Shown: one piece after another, positions 15,101 through 28,597 of the stretch
Layout of the letters: each line of letters opens with the position of its first letter
Position numbering within the stretch: position 1 is the first letter of the stretch
From: Eledone cirrhosa
Lineage: Eukaryota
Direction: 5' to 3'
Length of the DNA: 64,000 nucleotides
Assembly: GCA_964016885.1 (NCBI GenBank)
Contig: OZ024764.1
Location: 16,740,001-16,804,000, forward strand
Position numbers and translations under genes: made by a program
The notes under the pieces: generated by a model
Told to the model about the DNA's origin: nothing
Database searches by the model: none
What the model saw: the letters and a program-made list of their open reading frames with translations, nothing else

Positions 15101-18100
15101 TGCTACTTTATTCTATCAACCCCAGTGCATTACTGGTACTTTATTTTACCAACCCCAGTGTATTACTGGTACTTTATTCTATCAAGCCCCGTGTATTACT
15201 GGTACTTTATTCTATCGAGCCCAGCGTATTACTGGTACTTTATTCTATCAACCCCAGTGTATTACTGCTACTTTATTCTATCAACCCCAGTGTATTACTG
15301 GTACTTTATTCTATCGAGCCCAGTGTATTACTGCTACTTTATTCTATCGAGCCCAGTGTATTACTGGTACTTTATTCTATCGAGCCCAGTGTATTACTGG
15401 TACTTTATTCTATCGAGCCCCGTAAGGATGAAAGGCATATATAATAATAAAGAAGGTACGCACCAATCAGTAACATTGCCTGCAGTGGGGTGTGTGGTGG
15501 CAGCACCATCTTGTGCTGGGTTACGGCATGGAAGGTGGGGTCAGATACACAGAGAGTGACCCCTGTACGTGATGTTGTCATGGTGATGGCTGTGGCTGGT
15601 GGAGAGAGAGAAAGTGAGAGATTACCATTAGAGAGAGAGAGAGAGAAAAATGGTAACGCTGTGTGTTTTTTAGGGGACAGAAAGAGATAAATAGACAGTT
15701 ATGATGCCGCCCTCGTCTATATAGAGATGGGGGCAGCGTCAAGTGAGAGAAAAGGGAAAACCATGTGTTTTTGAGGTGATAGAAAAAGGTAGATAGACAG
15801 AAAGTTATGATGACACATTCATCTATATGTATTGTAGTGTGCAGGAGAGAAGACTGTGTTGGTATGGACATGTGATGTACATGGAGGATGACCGATGGGT
15901 GAAGAAGTGCCAAGAAATGCCAGTGGAGGGAAGACGCAGTAGAGCAAGATCACAAAAAACATGGGCGGAGGTGGTGAGAGCAAACCTCAGATCGCTGGAG
16001 CTCACGGTGGAGATGACAAAGGGCCGTGACAAGTAGAGAGATGCTGTGCTGAATAGGACCTGTCCCACCCTTGCAAGCAGAGGAAAGCGGACATAAAATG
16101 ATGATGATGATGTGGAGTGCTAAGCAATAGATATGTACATAGATAGAGAGAGAAAAAGGAATGTCATGTGTTTAGAGAGAGAATGTGTGTATGACAGAAA
16201 GTGTGAATAGAAGACAATATGTCTTACTTACCTCCAGTTTCTAAGGAATTAGCTGAGTATGGGGCTTCAGAGTTTGACTGACTTGGGAAGTTGTACTGAA
16301 CAAAACAGTCAGCTTCCCCGTAAACCAATTCCTTGGAATATTGCAGGTTTGTAATGTCTTCCACTGTCACTTCAAATATATGTTCTACAACACAAAATAT
16401 ACAGCATTAGATTTTGAAGAAACTGCGTAGCTTGGAAATCAGAGAGTTGCTCCAGGTAGAGCTGCTACTTCTCTGGAGAGATCACAGCTCTGATACTACA
16501 GACATGTGGTTAGAATGTCTGAGGAAAGAATCTCTGAATTGAGAGATCACAGCTCTGATACTACAGACATGTGGTTAGAATGTCTCAGGAAAGAATCACT
16601 GAATTGAGAGATAATAGCTCTGATACTACAGACATGTGGTTAGAATGTCTCAGGAAAGAATCTCTGAATTGAGAGATCACAGCTCTGATACTACAGACAT
16701 GTGGTTAGAATGTCGCGGGGAAGAATTTCTGAATTGAGAGATCACAGCTCTGATACTACAGACATGTGGTTAGAATGTCTGAGGAAAGAATCTCTGAATT
16801 GAGAGATCACAGCTCTGATACTACAGACATGTGGTTAGAATGTCTCAGGGAAGAATCTCTGAATTGAGAGATCACAGCTCTAATACTACAGACATGTGGT
16901 TAGAATGTCTGAGGAAAGAATCTCTGAATTGAGAGATCACAGCTCTGATACTACAGACATGTGGTTAGAATGTCTCAGGAGAGAATCTCTGAATTGAGAG
17001 ATCACAGCTCTAATACTACAGACATGTGGTTAGAATGTCTGAGGAAAGAATCTCTGAATTGAGAGATCACAGCTCTGATACTACAGACATGTCGTTAGAA
17101 TGTCTCAGGGAAGAATCCTTGGATAGATTTTTCCATGCCAATCCACTGCCCTTATTAATTGCTGTTGATTACCAACAGCATCACACCTGTTAATGACAAC
17201 ATCTTAATAGCTGTTACTCACCCATGTAATCCCTGCAAATATTCCTGTCTGGGGCCTCTGAAGAATTGTTGCTTCTACTGGAAGAGGAAATTACCAAAAG
17301 ACATTCAACATTTAACGATTTTGATATAAACATACTGAATCTACGAGATTTTCATATTTATTCTGAGAACAATACCTTAACATCAGTATGAGTGGCCAGT
17401 TACAGCCAGTTCAAACAGAAAGAGATGAGAGAATTCTGGCCAGATATGGCCGGTTTAAATGCTAAAGGGTTAAAGGACAGAAGCCAGACTGTTGCATCCA
17501 TATATCAATATATTAAAACTTCATAAATATATTCTTTACTCAGGACAATTTAGAAACCGCCACCATCTGAACATAATGTGTTGATTAGCTGACTTGGCTT
17601 ATGAAGTGGTCGGCTTATCTTCGGATTAGCTTATATTTGAGTATATACAGTATATACTTGTTAATATAGCAAAGAACAACTTAACCTCCCATCTGTAACA
17701 ACAATCGAGCTAAAGCCAAGCGAGGCACTGCCACCCTGGAGCTAGAGGTGAGTGAGGCACTGCCCCCTGGAGCTAAAGGTGAGTGAGGCACTGCCCCCTG
17801 GAGCTAAAGGTGAGTGAGGCACTGCCACCTGGAGCTAAAGGTGAGTGAGGCACTGCCACCTGGAGCTAAAGGTGAGTGAGGCACTGCCACCTGGAGCTAA
17901 AGGTGAGTGAGGCACTGCCCCCTGGAGCTAAAGGTGAGTGAGGCACTGTCCCCCTGGAGCTAAAGGTGAGTGAGGCACTGCCACCTGGAGCTAAAGGTGA
18001 GTGAGGCACTGCCACCTGGAGCTAAAGGTGAGTGAGGCACTGCCCCCTGGAGCTAAAGGTGAGTGAGGCACTGCCACCTGGAGCTAAAGGTGAGTGAGGC

Positions 18101-20099
18101 ACTGCCACCTGGAGCTAAAGGTGAGTGAGGCACTGCCACCTGGAGCTAAAGGTGAGTGAGGCACTGCCCCCTGGAGCTAAAGGCTAGCGAGGCACTGCCA
18201 CCTGGAGCTAAAGGTGACTGAGGCACTGCCACCCTGGAGCTAAAGGTGAATGAGGCACTGCCCCCTGGAGCTAAAAGCTAGCAAGGCACTTCCCCCAGGA
18301 GCTAAAGGCTAACGAGGCACTGCCCCCCTGGAGCAGATACAAACTATGCAGTGTGGAAATGCCTAAACAGACTAAGATCTGGTGTTGGACATGCAAAAGT
18401 CAGTCTTGCAAAACGGGGATATTTAAAGGATGGGGACATTGTATGTAACTGCAGCATCGAACCACAGACTACACAGCACCTCCTGATATGTTCCCTGCTG
18501 GAACACCCCTGCACAGTATTGGACTTGGCAGAGTTTAATGAGAAAGGACAGCAGTGTGTTGAGCTGTGGCAGAACCACATCTAGCCAAGCTTTGCAACTG
18601 ACACTGTTGTGGACACAAGAAGAAGAAGAATATAGCAAATACAAAGAGGAAAATGGAGTTGAGAAAATTAAGAAGACAAAAACTTACTTTTGAAATGGAT
18701 GGAACGTGGAGAATTGGTGGTGAATGAGAAATGAAGCCCGTTCTATAGTAGCTTGTTGTAACATAGACACCTAGAATGTATATACAAGAGTTGGTAGTAG
18801 GGGTGGAAGAAGGAGTTTCTATATATATGCTATATATACATTACATATACACACTACATATAAGTTATATATATGTATATATATATATATCTAGGACAGA
18901 GATGAGGGAAATATGTATGTTTTATTTATATATATATTTATATACATATATACATGTGTATGTGTGTGTATATATATATACATGTGTATGTGTGCGTATA
19001 TATATATATATATATCATCATCATCACCGTTTTACGTCCGTTCTTCCATGCTAGCATGGGTTAGACGAGTTGTCCTGTTGTGAGCAGTGTCTGGTCGGCT
19101 GACCATGCCTTGCTCATACATATATATATATGAAAATAATCAGGACCCCGACGGCAGAGCTCAAGCTGTTCGCTGTTTTGAATATCTTATATATATAGCA
19201 GAGGCTAATACGATTGAGTGGACTAGAGCAACATGAAATAAAGTATCTTGGTTAAGGATACAATGCAATGCTTGGTCTGGGAATCAAACTGACAACATTA
19301 ACCACTAAGCCATGCTCTAAACCTCCACTACTATACATTAACAACAACAACAACAGCAGCAACAATGTATAAGTGGTGTACTACCTACCTGTTCTATAGA
19401 ACCTATAGCTAGTAGAACTTTCAGTTGTCCATGCTGGTAGTTGGTAAGAGGGTCCACTATAGGCATGTAGCAGTCATGGGCTATGATAGGGTACTAGGAA
19501 GAGAAGATATACAAAAAATGTGTGTATATATATTACATATTATATCATCATCATCATTTTGTCCGCCTTTCCCTGCTTGCAAGGGTGGGACGGGTCTTAT
19601 TCAGCACAGCATCTCTCCACTCGTCACGGTCCTTCGTCATCTCCACCGTGAGCTTCAATGATCTGAGGTCTGTTCTCACCACCTCCACCCATGTTTTTTG
19701 TGGGCATTTCCTGGCACTTCTTCACCCATCAGTCATCCTCCATGCGCATCACATGTCCATACCACCTCAGTCTCCTCTCTCGTACACAACTTATCCCTCT
19801 CAGACACATTATATATATATTACACATATATATATATATATATATTATATATATTACAAGGGAAAAACGGGCGTAAAATGATGATGATGATGATATATAT
19901 ATATTATATATACATTACAAGCAGGGAAAAGCAGACATAAAATGATGATGATTATCATCATCATCATCATCAACATCATCGTTAACGTCCATATTCCACG
20001 CTAGCATGGGTTTAGACGGGAATTGTCCCACTTGAGTCAAGATTGGTCGGGTGACCATGTCTCTCTCGTATAGGACTGTCTGGCAGGTTTTACTATATA

Positions 20100-20131
<32 letters not shown>

Positions 20132-23100
20132 AAATGTGAAAGAGGAGGAAGGCAAGGGGATGTGTGTTGGTGCATAGAAGTGACTCGAAAAATGAAATAA
20201 AGAAAACTGATGTACAAGACAAGTTTACACATCTTCACTCTCATCAGATCTCAAACCAGTAAAATGGTTTCACACGATTTAACCCTTTAGCATTTACATT
20301 ACTCTATATATACTATTGTATTGTCACAGTAAAGGCTTTACCTCACATAATATCTCACATAACATTTACATTACTCTATTTATACTATTGTATTGTCACA
20401 GTAAAGGCTTTACCTCATATAATATCTCACATAACATTTACATTACTCTATTTATACTATTGTATCTTCACAGTAAAGGCTTTACCTCACATAATATCTC
20501 ACATAACATTTACATTACTCTATATATACTATTGTATGTTCACAGTAAAGGCTTTACCTCACATAATATCTCACATAACATTTACATTACTCTATATATA
20601 CTATTGTATTGTCACAGTAAAGGCTTTACCTCACATAATATCTCACATAACATTTACATTACTCTATTTATACTATTGTATTGTCACAGTAAAGGCTTTA
20701 CCTCATATAATATCTCACATAACATTTACATTACTCTATTTATACTATTGTATCGTCACAGTAAAGGCTTTACCTCACATAATATCTCACATAACATTTA
20801 CATTACTCTATATATACTATTGTATGTTCACAGTAAAGGCTTTACCTCACATAATATCTCACATAACATTTACATTACTCTATATATACTATTGTATTGT
20901 CACAGTAAAGGCTTTACCTCACATAATATCTCACATAACATTTACATTACTCTATATATACTATTGTATTGTCACAGTAAAGGCTTTACCTCACATAATA
21001 TCTCACATAACATTTACATTACTCTATATATACTATTGTATGTTCACAGTAAAGGCTTTACCTCACATAATATCTCACATAACATTTACATTACTCTATA
21101 TATACTATTGTATTTTCACAGTAAAGGCTTTACCTCACATAATATCTCACATAACATTTACATTACTCTATATATACTATTGTATGTTCACAGTAAAGGC
21201 TTTACCTCACATAATATCTCACATAACATTTACATTACTCTATATATACTATTGTATTTTCATGGTAAAGGCTTTACCTCACATAATATCTCACATAACA
21301 TTTACATTACTCTATATATACTATTGTATGTTCACAGTAAAGGCTTTACCTCACATAATACCTCACATAACATTTACATTACTCTATATATACTATTGTA
21401 TTGTCACAGTAAAGGCTTTACCTCACATAATATCTCACATAACATTTACATTACTCTATATATACTATTGTATTGTCACAGTAAAGGCTTTACCTCACAT
21501 AATATCTCACATAACATTTACATTACTCTATATATACTATTGTATTGTCACAGTAAAGGCTTTACCTCACATAATACCTCACATAACATTTACATTACTC
21601 TATATATACTATTGTATTGTCACAGTAAAGGCTTTACCTCACATAATATCTCACATAACATTTACATTACTCTATATATACTATTGTATTGTCACAGTGA
21701 AGGCTTTACCTCACATAATATCTCACATAACATTTACATTACTCTATATATACTATTGTATTGTCACAGTAAAGGCTTTACCTCACATAATATCTCACAC
21801 AACATTTACATTACTCTATATATACTATTGTATTTTCACAGTAAAGGCTTTACCTCACATAATATCGAATCTATGAGATTTTGAAAGTATTTATTTTGAG
21901 AACAATACCTTAACATCAGTATGAGTGACCAGTTACAGCCAGTTTCAACAGAAAGAGGTAGAGAATTCTGGCCAGTTTTAACCGGTTTGAACATTAAAGG
22001 GTTAACTGAGAGTACCATTTTAAAATGCTGGATTGTGGAACAGAAAAATAAATCTTTCTGCTGGCATGATGTGTGTGATAAACAAACAACATGGATAGAA
22101 GGACGAAAGAAAATAATGGGGTAGTGGAGCTCAAGCTGTGGTGTCCCCTATTGTGCTGTCATAGCTATGATAAAGTTAAAACAATGTTGTCTCTGATCGA
22201 GACAATAATATCACCATGGTAACTTACCGGGGACTTTAGCAGGGATGACACAATCCTCTGGTTACGAAGGGAAAGGTAGAATTGATGGAGGCTCAGCTTC
22301 ACTACACCAATCAGCTGTGGCAAATAATAATAATATAGAGTTATTATAATGGTTTCTTATAGAGGCACAAGGCCAGCAATTTTGGGGGAGTGGAAAGTCG
22401 ATTAAATTGACCCCAGTGCGTGACTGGTACTTTATTTTATCGACCCCCGTAAGGATGAAAGGTAAAGTTGACCTCGGTGGGAATTGAACTCAGATCATAA
22501 GGGGCCGTAACTCTATGCTGTAAAGCATGGCGTCCGACCCTCTGCCCTCCCCACAAAGAAAAATAATAATAATATAGAGATATTATAGTGAAAGACCACA
22601 AGTAAAAGGCCAATAATAGAGAGATATTATAGTGAAAGACCACATAGAAAAAAAAATGTCTTCTAATAGATGTATCAATCCCCACAAATGACAATATGTC
22701 TTCCAAGGAAATAGAGAAACTCTCCAAATATAAAGATCTAGAGATAGAAATAACTCGAATGTGGAAAATGAAAACAGAAACAATACCTATAATAATAGGT
22801 GCTCTGGGAATGATGAAAAAAACACAGACAAATACAGAGCCAAAACCCAAGGGTACAGCTTGATAATGTCTGAACTAAGCCATAGAAAAGCGTAAGGGAC
22901 CATCCCCTAAAATACTAACCTTGTCCTCAGACACATCCATTAATGTTGTTGCTGTTGTTGTTTTGTCCCAGACTTCTATGATCAGGTAATTGTTGCGGAT
23001 CCTTTCAAGAAAGTTGGGTGTTACCAGGACTGGTGAAACCTGTTGTGGTTTATAGAAACAGTCTGTAGTTATATATGTATGTATGTGCTACTGGTAACAT

Positions 23101-24234
23101 GTATCCCAGTACAACCTGTCTCATGGTCGGGTCGTTGGCGGCTAAACTGGCAACCCCACCAAGGTTTCTTGGTGAGGTGGGTGACTTTGGACATCCTGCA
23201 GGACTAAAAACAAAACCTGTCAAAGGGCAAAGGAGCTCTTAAGAGTCAATGGCCATCCAAAATCACCGGGAGAGATGACCCCTTAGCCTTTGTCAAGGCA
23301 GAATTCTAGAAGGAAAACTCTGATATAACACCTGCAACCCTGATGGTATCCAATGATGTTGACTTGTTCTTCTTTTTGGTAAATATCATCTTGGTTAAGA
23401 GAGTGGGACTGGCTTTGTGCAGTGCCTTTGCTCACTATAAAAGCTTCACGGCACAGGCATTGCTTTATATCTGGAGATCTCTCTGCACTTGTCATCACAT
23501 GGTACCATGGGCCCAGCACTATGTGTCAATATTTGTCACAAGTGTAGTGTTTGTACCAGAGTTTTCAAGTCGCTGACTGGACTAAAAAGTCACACTCGTT
23601 CAGCGCATCGGTAGGGGTTCTCCTACATGGATATAAAGTAGTGGCCGTACTCGAAAACGAGTTGGCAGCCACCATATATATATACACACATACATATCTA
23701 TATATATACATATAAATATATATACAGATATATGTATATGTACAAATATGTATATATATACACAAGATCGTGTAGGCGTCACAAGAAAAAAACACACACT
23801 CCACGCTGTAATGTGGTTGGTGTTAGGAAGAGCATCCAGCCGTAGAAAACCTGCCAGATAGTCCTATATGAGTGAGACACGGTCACCTAACCAACCTTGC
23901 CTCAAGTGGGACAACTGTCTAACCCATGCTAGCGTGGAAGGTGGACGTTAAACGATGATGATGATGATGATGATATATATATACATATATATACACACAT
24001 CATCATTTTTACGTCCGCTTTTCCCTGCTTGCAAGGGTGGGACGGGAACTGATCCTTGCTTGATTTCTACAGCTGGATGCCCTTCCTAACACCAACCTCA
24101 TTTACAGTGAGTGCTGGGGACTTTTTTGCCGTGGCACCTCCACGACCACTTTACAGTGGAATGATAGGGACCCCAGTCCCTATCGTCTCATTTCTACAGC
24201 TGAGTGAACTGGAGCAATGTGAAATAAAGTGTCT

Positions 24235-24268
<34 letters not shown>

Positions 24269-26798
24269 ACATTCCACTCGGTCCAGGAATTGAACCCACG
24301 ACCTTATGGTCATAAGTGCAATGCCCTAACCCTCCTTCAAATTACCTGAATGTAGTCATACTGTGGGTTGTTTGTAGCCCAGCAGACACTGGATCTGCCC
24401 TTCTGGTCACACCAAAACATGCGACATACCAGATAACTGTTCCTTGGAAGGCCAGCAGAGGGGGGGCTTGAACCTGGGACACAAGATGACAATAAAACAT
24501 TATACCCAGTCAACATCAATAAATAAAAGTAAAGGGTAAAGACTTTACCTCACATAACATTTACATTACTCTATATATACTATTGTATTTTCACAGTAAA
24601 GGCTTTACCTCACATAATATCTCACATACCATTCACATTACTCTATATATACTATTGTATTGTCACAGTAAAGGCTTTACCTCACATAATATCTCACATA
24701 CCATTCACATTACTCTATATATACTACTGTATTTTCACAGAAAAGGCTTTACCTTACATAATCTATATATATAAAACTGAGGATGTCTGTCTGTGTGTGT
24801 GAGTTCGAATCCCTAAAACTCGAGAACCACCAAACCGACTGTTTTCAAACTTTACACATGTAATACTTATGTTTCAGGGAGTGTTTCAAATTTTCAATGC
24901 CCTAGGGACCGCATTAGGTGATTTATCGATCGCGCTCTATAATTCTTAGTCTTTCTTTTTTTTAGATAGATACATACATTTTTCGAGGCTGGAAAAATGA
25001 AAAAAAATGAAAAAATTTTTTCTCCTTTTTTGAGGCTGGAAAAATGAAAAAAAAATGAAAATCCAACTTTCTTATGGCCTGTATTAGGTGAAAAACTTCA
25101 TTTTTTCAGCTTTTTAGGGCTTTTTGAAGGCGTTACGTCTAGATGATTTTCCAGAAATTTCAAGGCATATTATCCACATAAAAAAAATTCATTTTCTTGA
25201 TCCCCTAAGGCCTGCATTAGGTGAAAACCTGCATTTTCCTGCTTCATCGAGGAAAATCTTAGATTATCCAGCCATCAGAGTATTCGGTTTATTTTCTTTA
25301 CATATTGTCCAGGCATGCAGTTTTTCCACGATTAGGTCTGTTGGCGGCCCGCGTTCCAAAATACCTTATCCCGTGCAACGCCGGGTACCACTGCTAGTAT
25401 CTCATATAATATCGAATCTACGAGATTTTGATGTTATATATTTTGAAAACAATAACTTAATGTTATTATGAGCAGCCAGTTACGGCTAGTTTGAACAGAA
25501 AAAGGTGAGATAATTCTAGCCGGATACAGCCAGTTTAAATGCTAAAGGGTTAATAGGCATTGCTCAAAAGACTGGACATGATCTCACACATCACCCCAAC
25601 ATTTCATCCTCCACCTCACACAAAGAAAATAAGGGCATACAGACCTGTTGCATCTCTTCCTGCCTCTCCTCGTCGTTGTGCTGCACTGGGGCTATTTTGG
25701 GCAGGGGTCAACTTACGACCTTCACCCACAATAACAATGGAATGGACAGCTAATGGTTGCTGTGGAGTAAAACATGAGAAAAGTAAGGTGATGGTGATGA
25801 TGATGGTATTGGTGCTGTTCATGGTGGTGGTGGTGATGATGATGGTGTTGGTGCTGTTCATGGTGGTGGTGGTGTTGGTGATGGTGTTGATTGTGATGAT
25901 GGTGGTGGTGATGGTGTTGGTGTTGGTGATGGTTGTGGTATTGGTGCTGTTCATGGTGGTGGTGGTGGTGTTGGTGATGGTGTTGATTGTGATGATGGTG
26001 GTGGTGATGGTGTTAGTGTTGGTGATGGTTGTGATGATGATGGCGGTGGTGGAATTATTGTTTGTCGATGATGGTGATGATGGTGATTGTGATGATGATG
26101 ATGGGGGTGGTGGTGGTATTGCTGTTTATGATTAATGATGGTGATGGCAGCTGTATCTGTGGTGGTGGTGAGTGATGGTGGTGGTGGTGGTGGTGGTGGT
26201 GGTGGTATTGTTGTTTGTGGTGGTGGATAGCAAAACTTACATCTTGTGTATCTGGATGATGCTGTGAAGCCAAAGTGTTTAGCTGGACACTGTTGGTGTT
26301 GGTGCTGGACATTGGGACACCAGTGGTGGCAGTGGTTGGTCTGTACTGAGCAGCTTCTGCGGGACAATCAGGTTTCGAACTATCTTCATGGTTTGCAGAC
26401 TGAACATCTGTAACACAGGACATCTGGGCTAATTATAGGACATCTAGGCTAAAGATAGGACATCACAGGACAAGGACACAGAACACAGGACATCTGGGCT
26501 AATTATAGGACATCTTGGCTAATTATAGGACATCTGGGCTAATTATAGGACATCTTAGCTAATTATAAGCCATCTGGGATAAAGATAGGACATCTGGGCT
26601 AATTATAGGACATATTGGCTAATTATAGGCCATCTGGGATAAAGATAGGACATGTGGGCTAATTATAGGACATGTGGGCTAATTATAGGACATCTGGGCT
26701 AAAGATAGGACATCATAGGACAATGACACAGAACACAGGACATCTGGGTTAAAGACATAGAATAGAAGACATCTGGATATTTAGGATACAGACAGTAA

Positions 26799-26852
<54 letters not shown>

Positions 26853-28565
26853 CAGAGAGAGAAAATGGTTGCAAACCTGCTTCTTTGTTCCATTGGTCTT
26901 CCAATGGTTCTGCGGGTTGTCTTTCCTTGTCGTCTTGGAAACTGAGTGGAATGTAGACGGTGTCGCCACTGTACTCGGCTAGACGAGTGTTTGATAGGGC
27001 GGAGGAGAAATTAGGGGCCTCGGAGCCAATCTCTACCATCACCTGTTGATGGACGGACAGACAGACAGAGCTAATTATAATTATTATGCTACACCATATA
27101 TATGTATATATGTGTGTGTGTATATATATATATATACATATATATGTATGTGTGTGTGTGTGTATATATACACACACACATATGTATATGTGTGTGTGTA
27201 TATATATATTATTATGTTACACCATATATATGTATGTGTGTGTGTGTCCATATAATACATAATGTATGGTTATGGTGGTGGGGTAGGTGGCATAGTGGTG
27301 GTGGTGGTGGTAGTGGTTTTATTTATGGTGGCAGTGGTGGTTTTGGTGATGGTGATGCTGTCGGTGGCAGTGGTAATGGTGGTAGTTGTTTTGGTGGTGC
27401 TGTTGGTGGTGGTAGTAGTAGTGGTGGTAGTTGTTTTGGTGATGGTGGTAGTGGTAGTGGTGGTGGTGGTGGTAGTGGTAGTAGTGGTGGTGGTGGTTGT
27501 TTTGGTGGTGGTGGTAGTGGTAGTAGTAGTGGTAGTAGTGGTGGAAGTGGCAGAGTATAGAGGAAGTCAATGTCAAACCATTCTACTCACCTTCAACTCT
27601 CCAATGGCAGATGGTTTCTTTGAGGACATATTCCGCCTTGTTCTCAGTGACTTGAGGGAGACCCCAGGCTTAAATACAGCTAAGTATTTGTGTAAGGAGA
27701 GACTGCTGGCTTTCAGCACAGACTTGAGAGATAACTGACAGCTACCAACTGGTGTCGGCTGAATGGAACGACAAGAATGATGAGATGATGATATATAAAC
27801 CGTACATTTATAAATGTAATAGTGAAAAATTGTTATTAACAACAACAAGCTATATTTGAACTATTACTGTATTTCCCAGCATTGAAGACGGCACTTTTTT
27901 TCCTAAAGAGAAAGAGAAGCTTACTGTTTTCTGTTGCGGATTCCTGCAGAAGAGTTTGAAAGTTAGGTGGGACTTCCACCATCCTTCAATAGACTTTCGG
28001 TTGAAGAGAATGGGGAAAACTGACCTATGGTTGAAGATTATAACTGGAATAGAGAGAGAGGTAGAGAGAGATAACAGAATAGGAAGAGAAATAGAGAGAG
28101 GGGCAGAGAGAGAGGAAGGAAATTATGGTAAATTATACTTGTAAGGGAGGTGAAACAGTGGACACAAACACACACATATATATATATATATATGGAGGCA
28201 CATGGCTTAATGGTTAGAGCATTGGCCTTGCAATCGAAAGGTTGTGAGTTCAATTCTCAGACCGGGTGATGTGTTGTTACCTTGAACAAGACACTTTATT
28301 TCACATTGCTCCAGTTCACTCAGCTGTAGAAATGAGATGATAGGGACTGGGGTCCCTATCATTCCACTACAAAGTGGTCGTGGAGGTGCCACGGCAAAAA
28401 AGCACCCAGCACTCACTGTAAATGAGGTTGGTGTTAGGAAGGGCATCCAGCTGTAGAGATCAAGCCAGAATCAGTTCTGTATGAGCAAGACAAGGTCAGC
28501 CGACCGGACAACAGGACAACCTGTCTAACCCTAGCGTGGAAGACAGACGTAAAACAGTGATGATG

Positions 28566-28597
<32 letters not shown>

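Noticed and set aside
17541-17567. Possible 27-nt C2CD3 micro-exon (AG..GTAAAG)
   Set aside because: Weak polypyrimidine tract and donor; not needed for frame; no recognisable homology.
20316-21884. 522-aa ORF (also 299 aa at 9628, 166 aa at 29067, 161 aa at 31825) of [23 protein letters not shown] repeats
   Set aside because: Stop-free frame of the 72-bp MITE satellite, antisense within C2CD3 introns; no coding signature.
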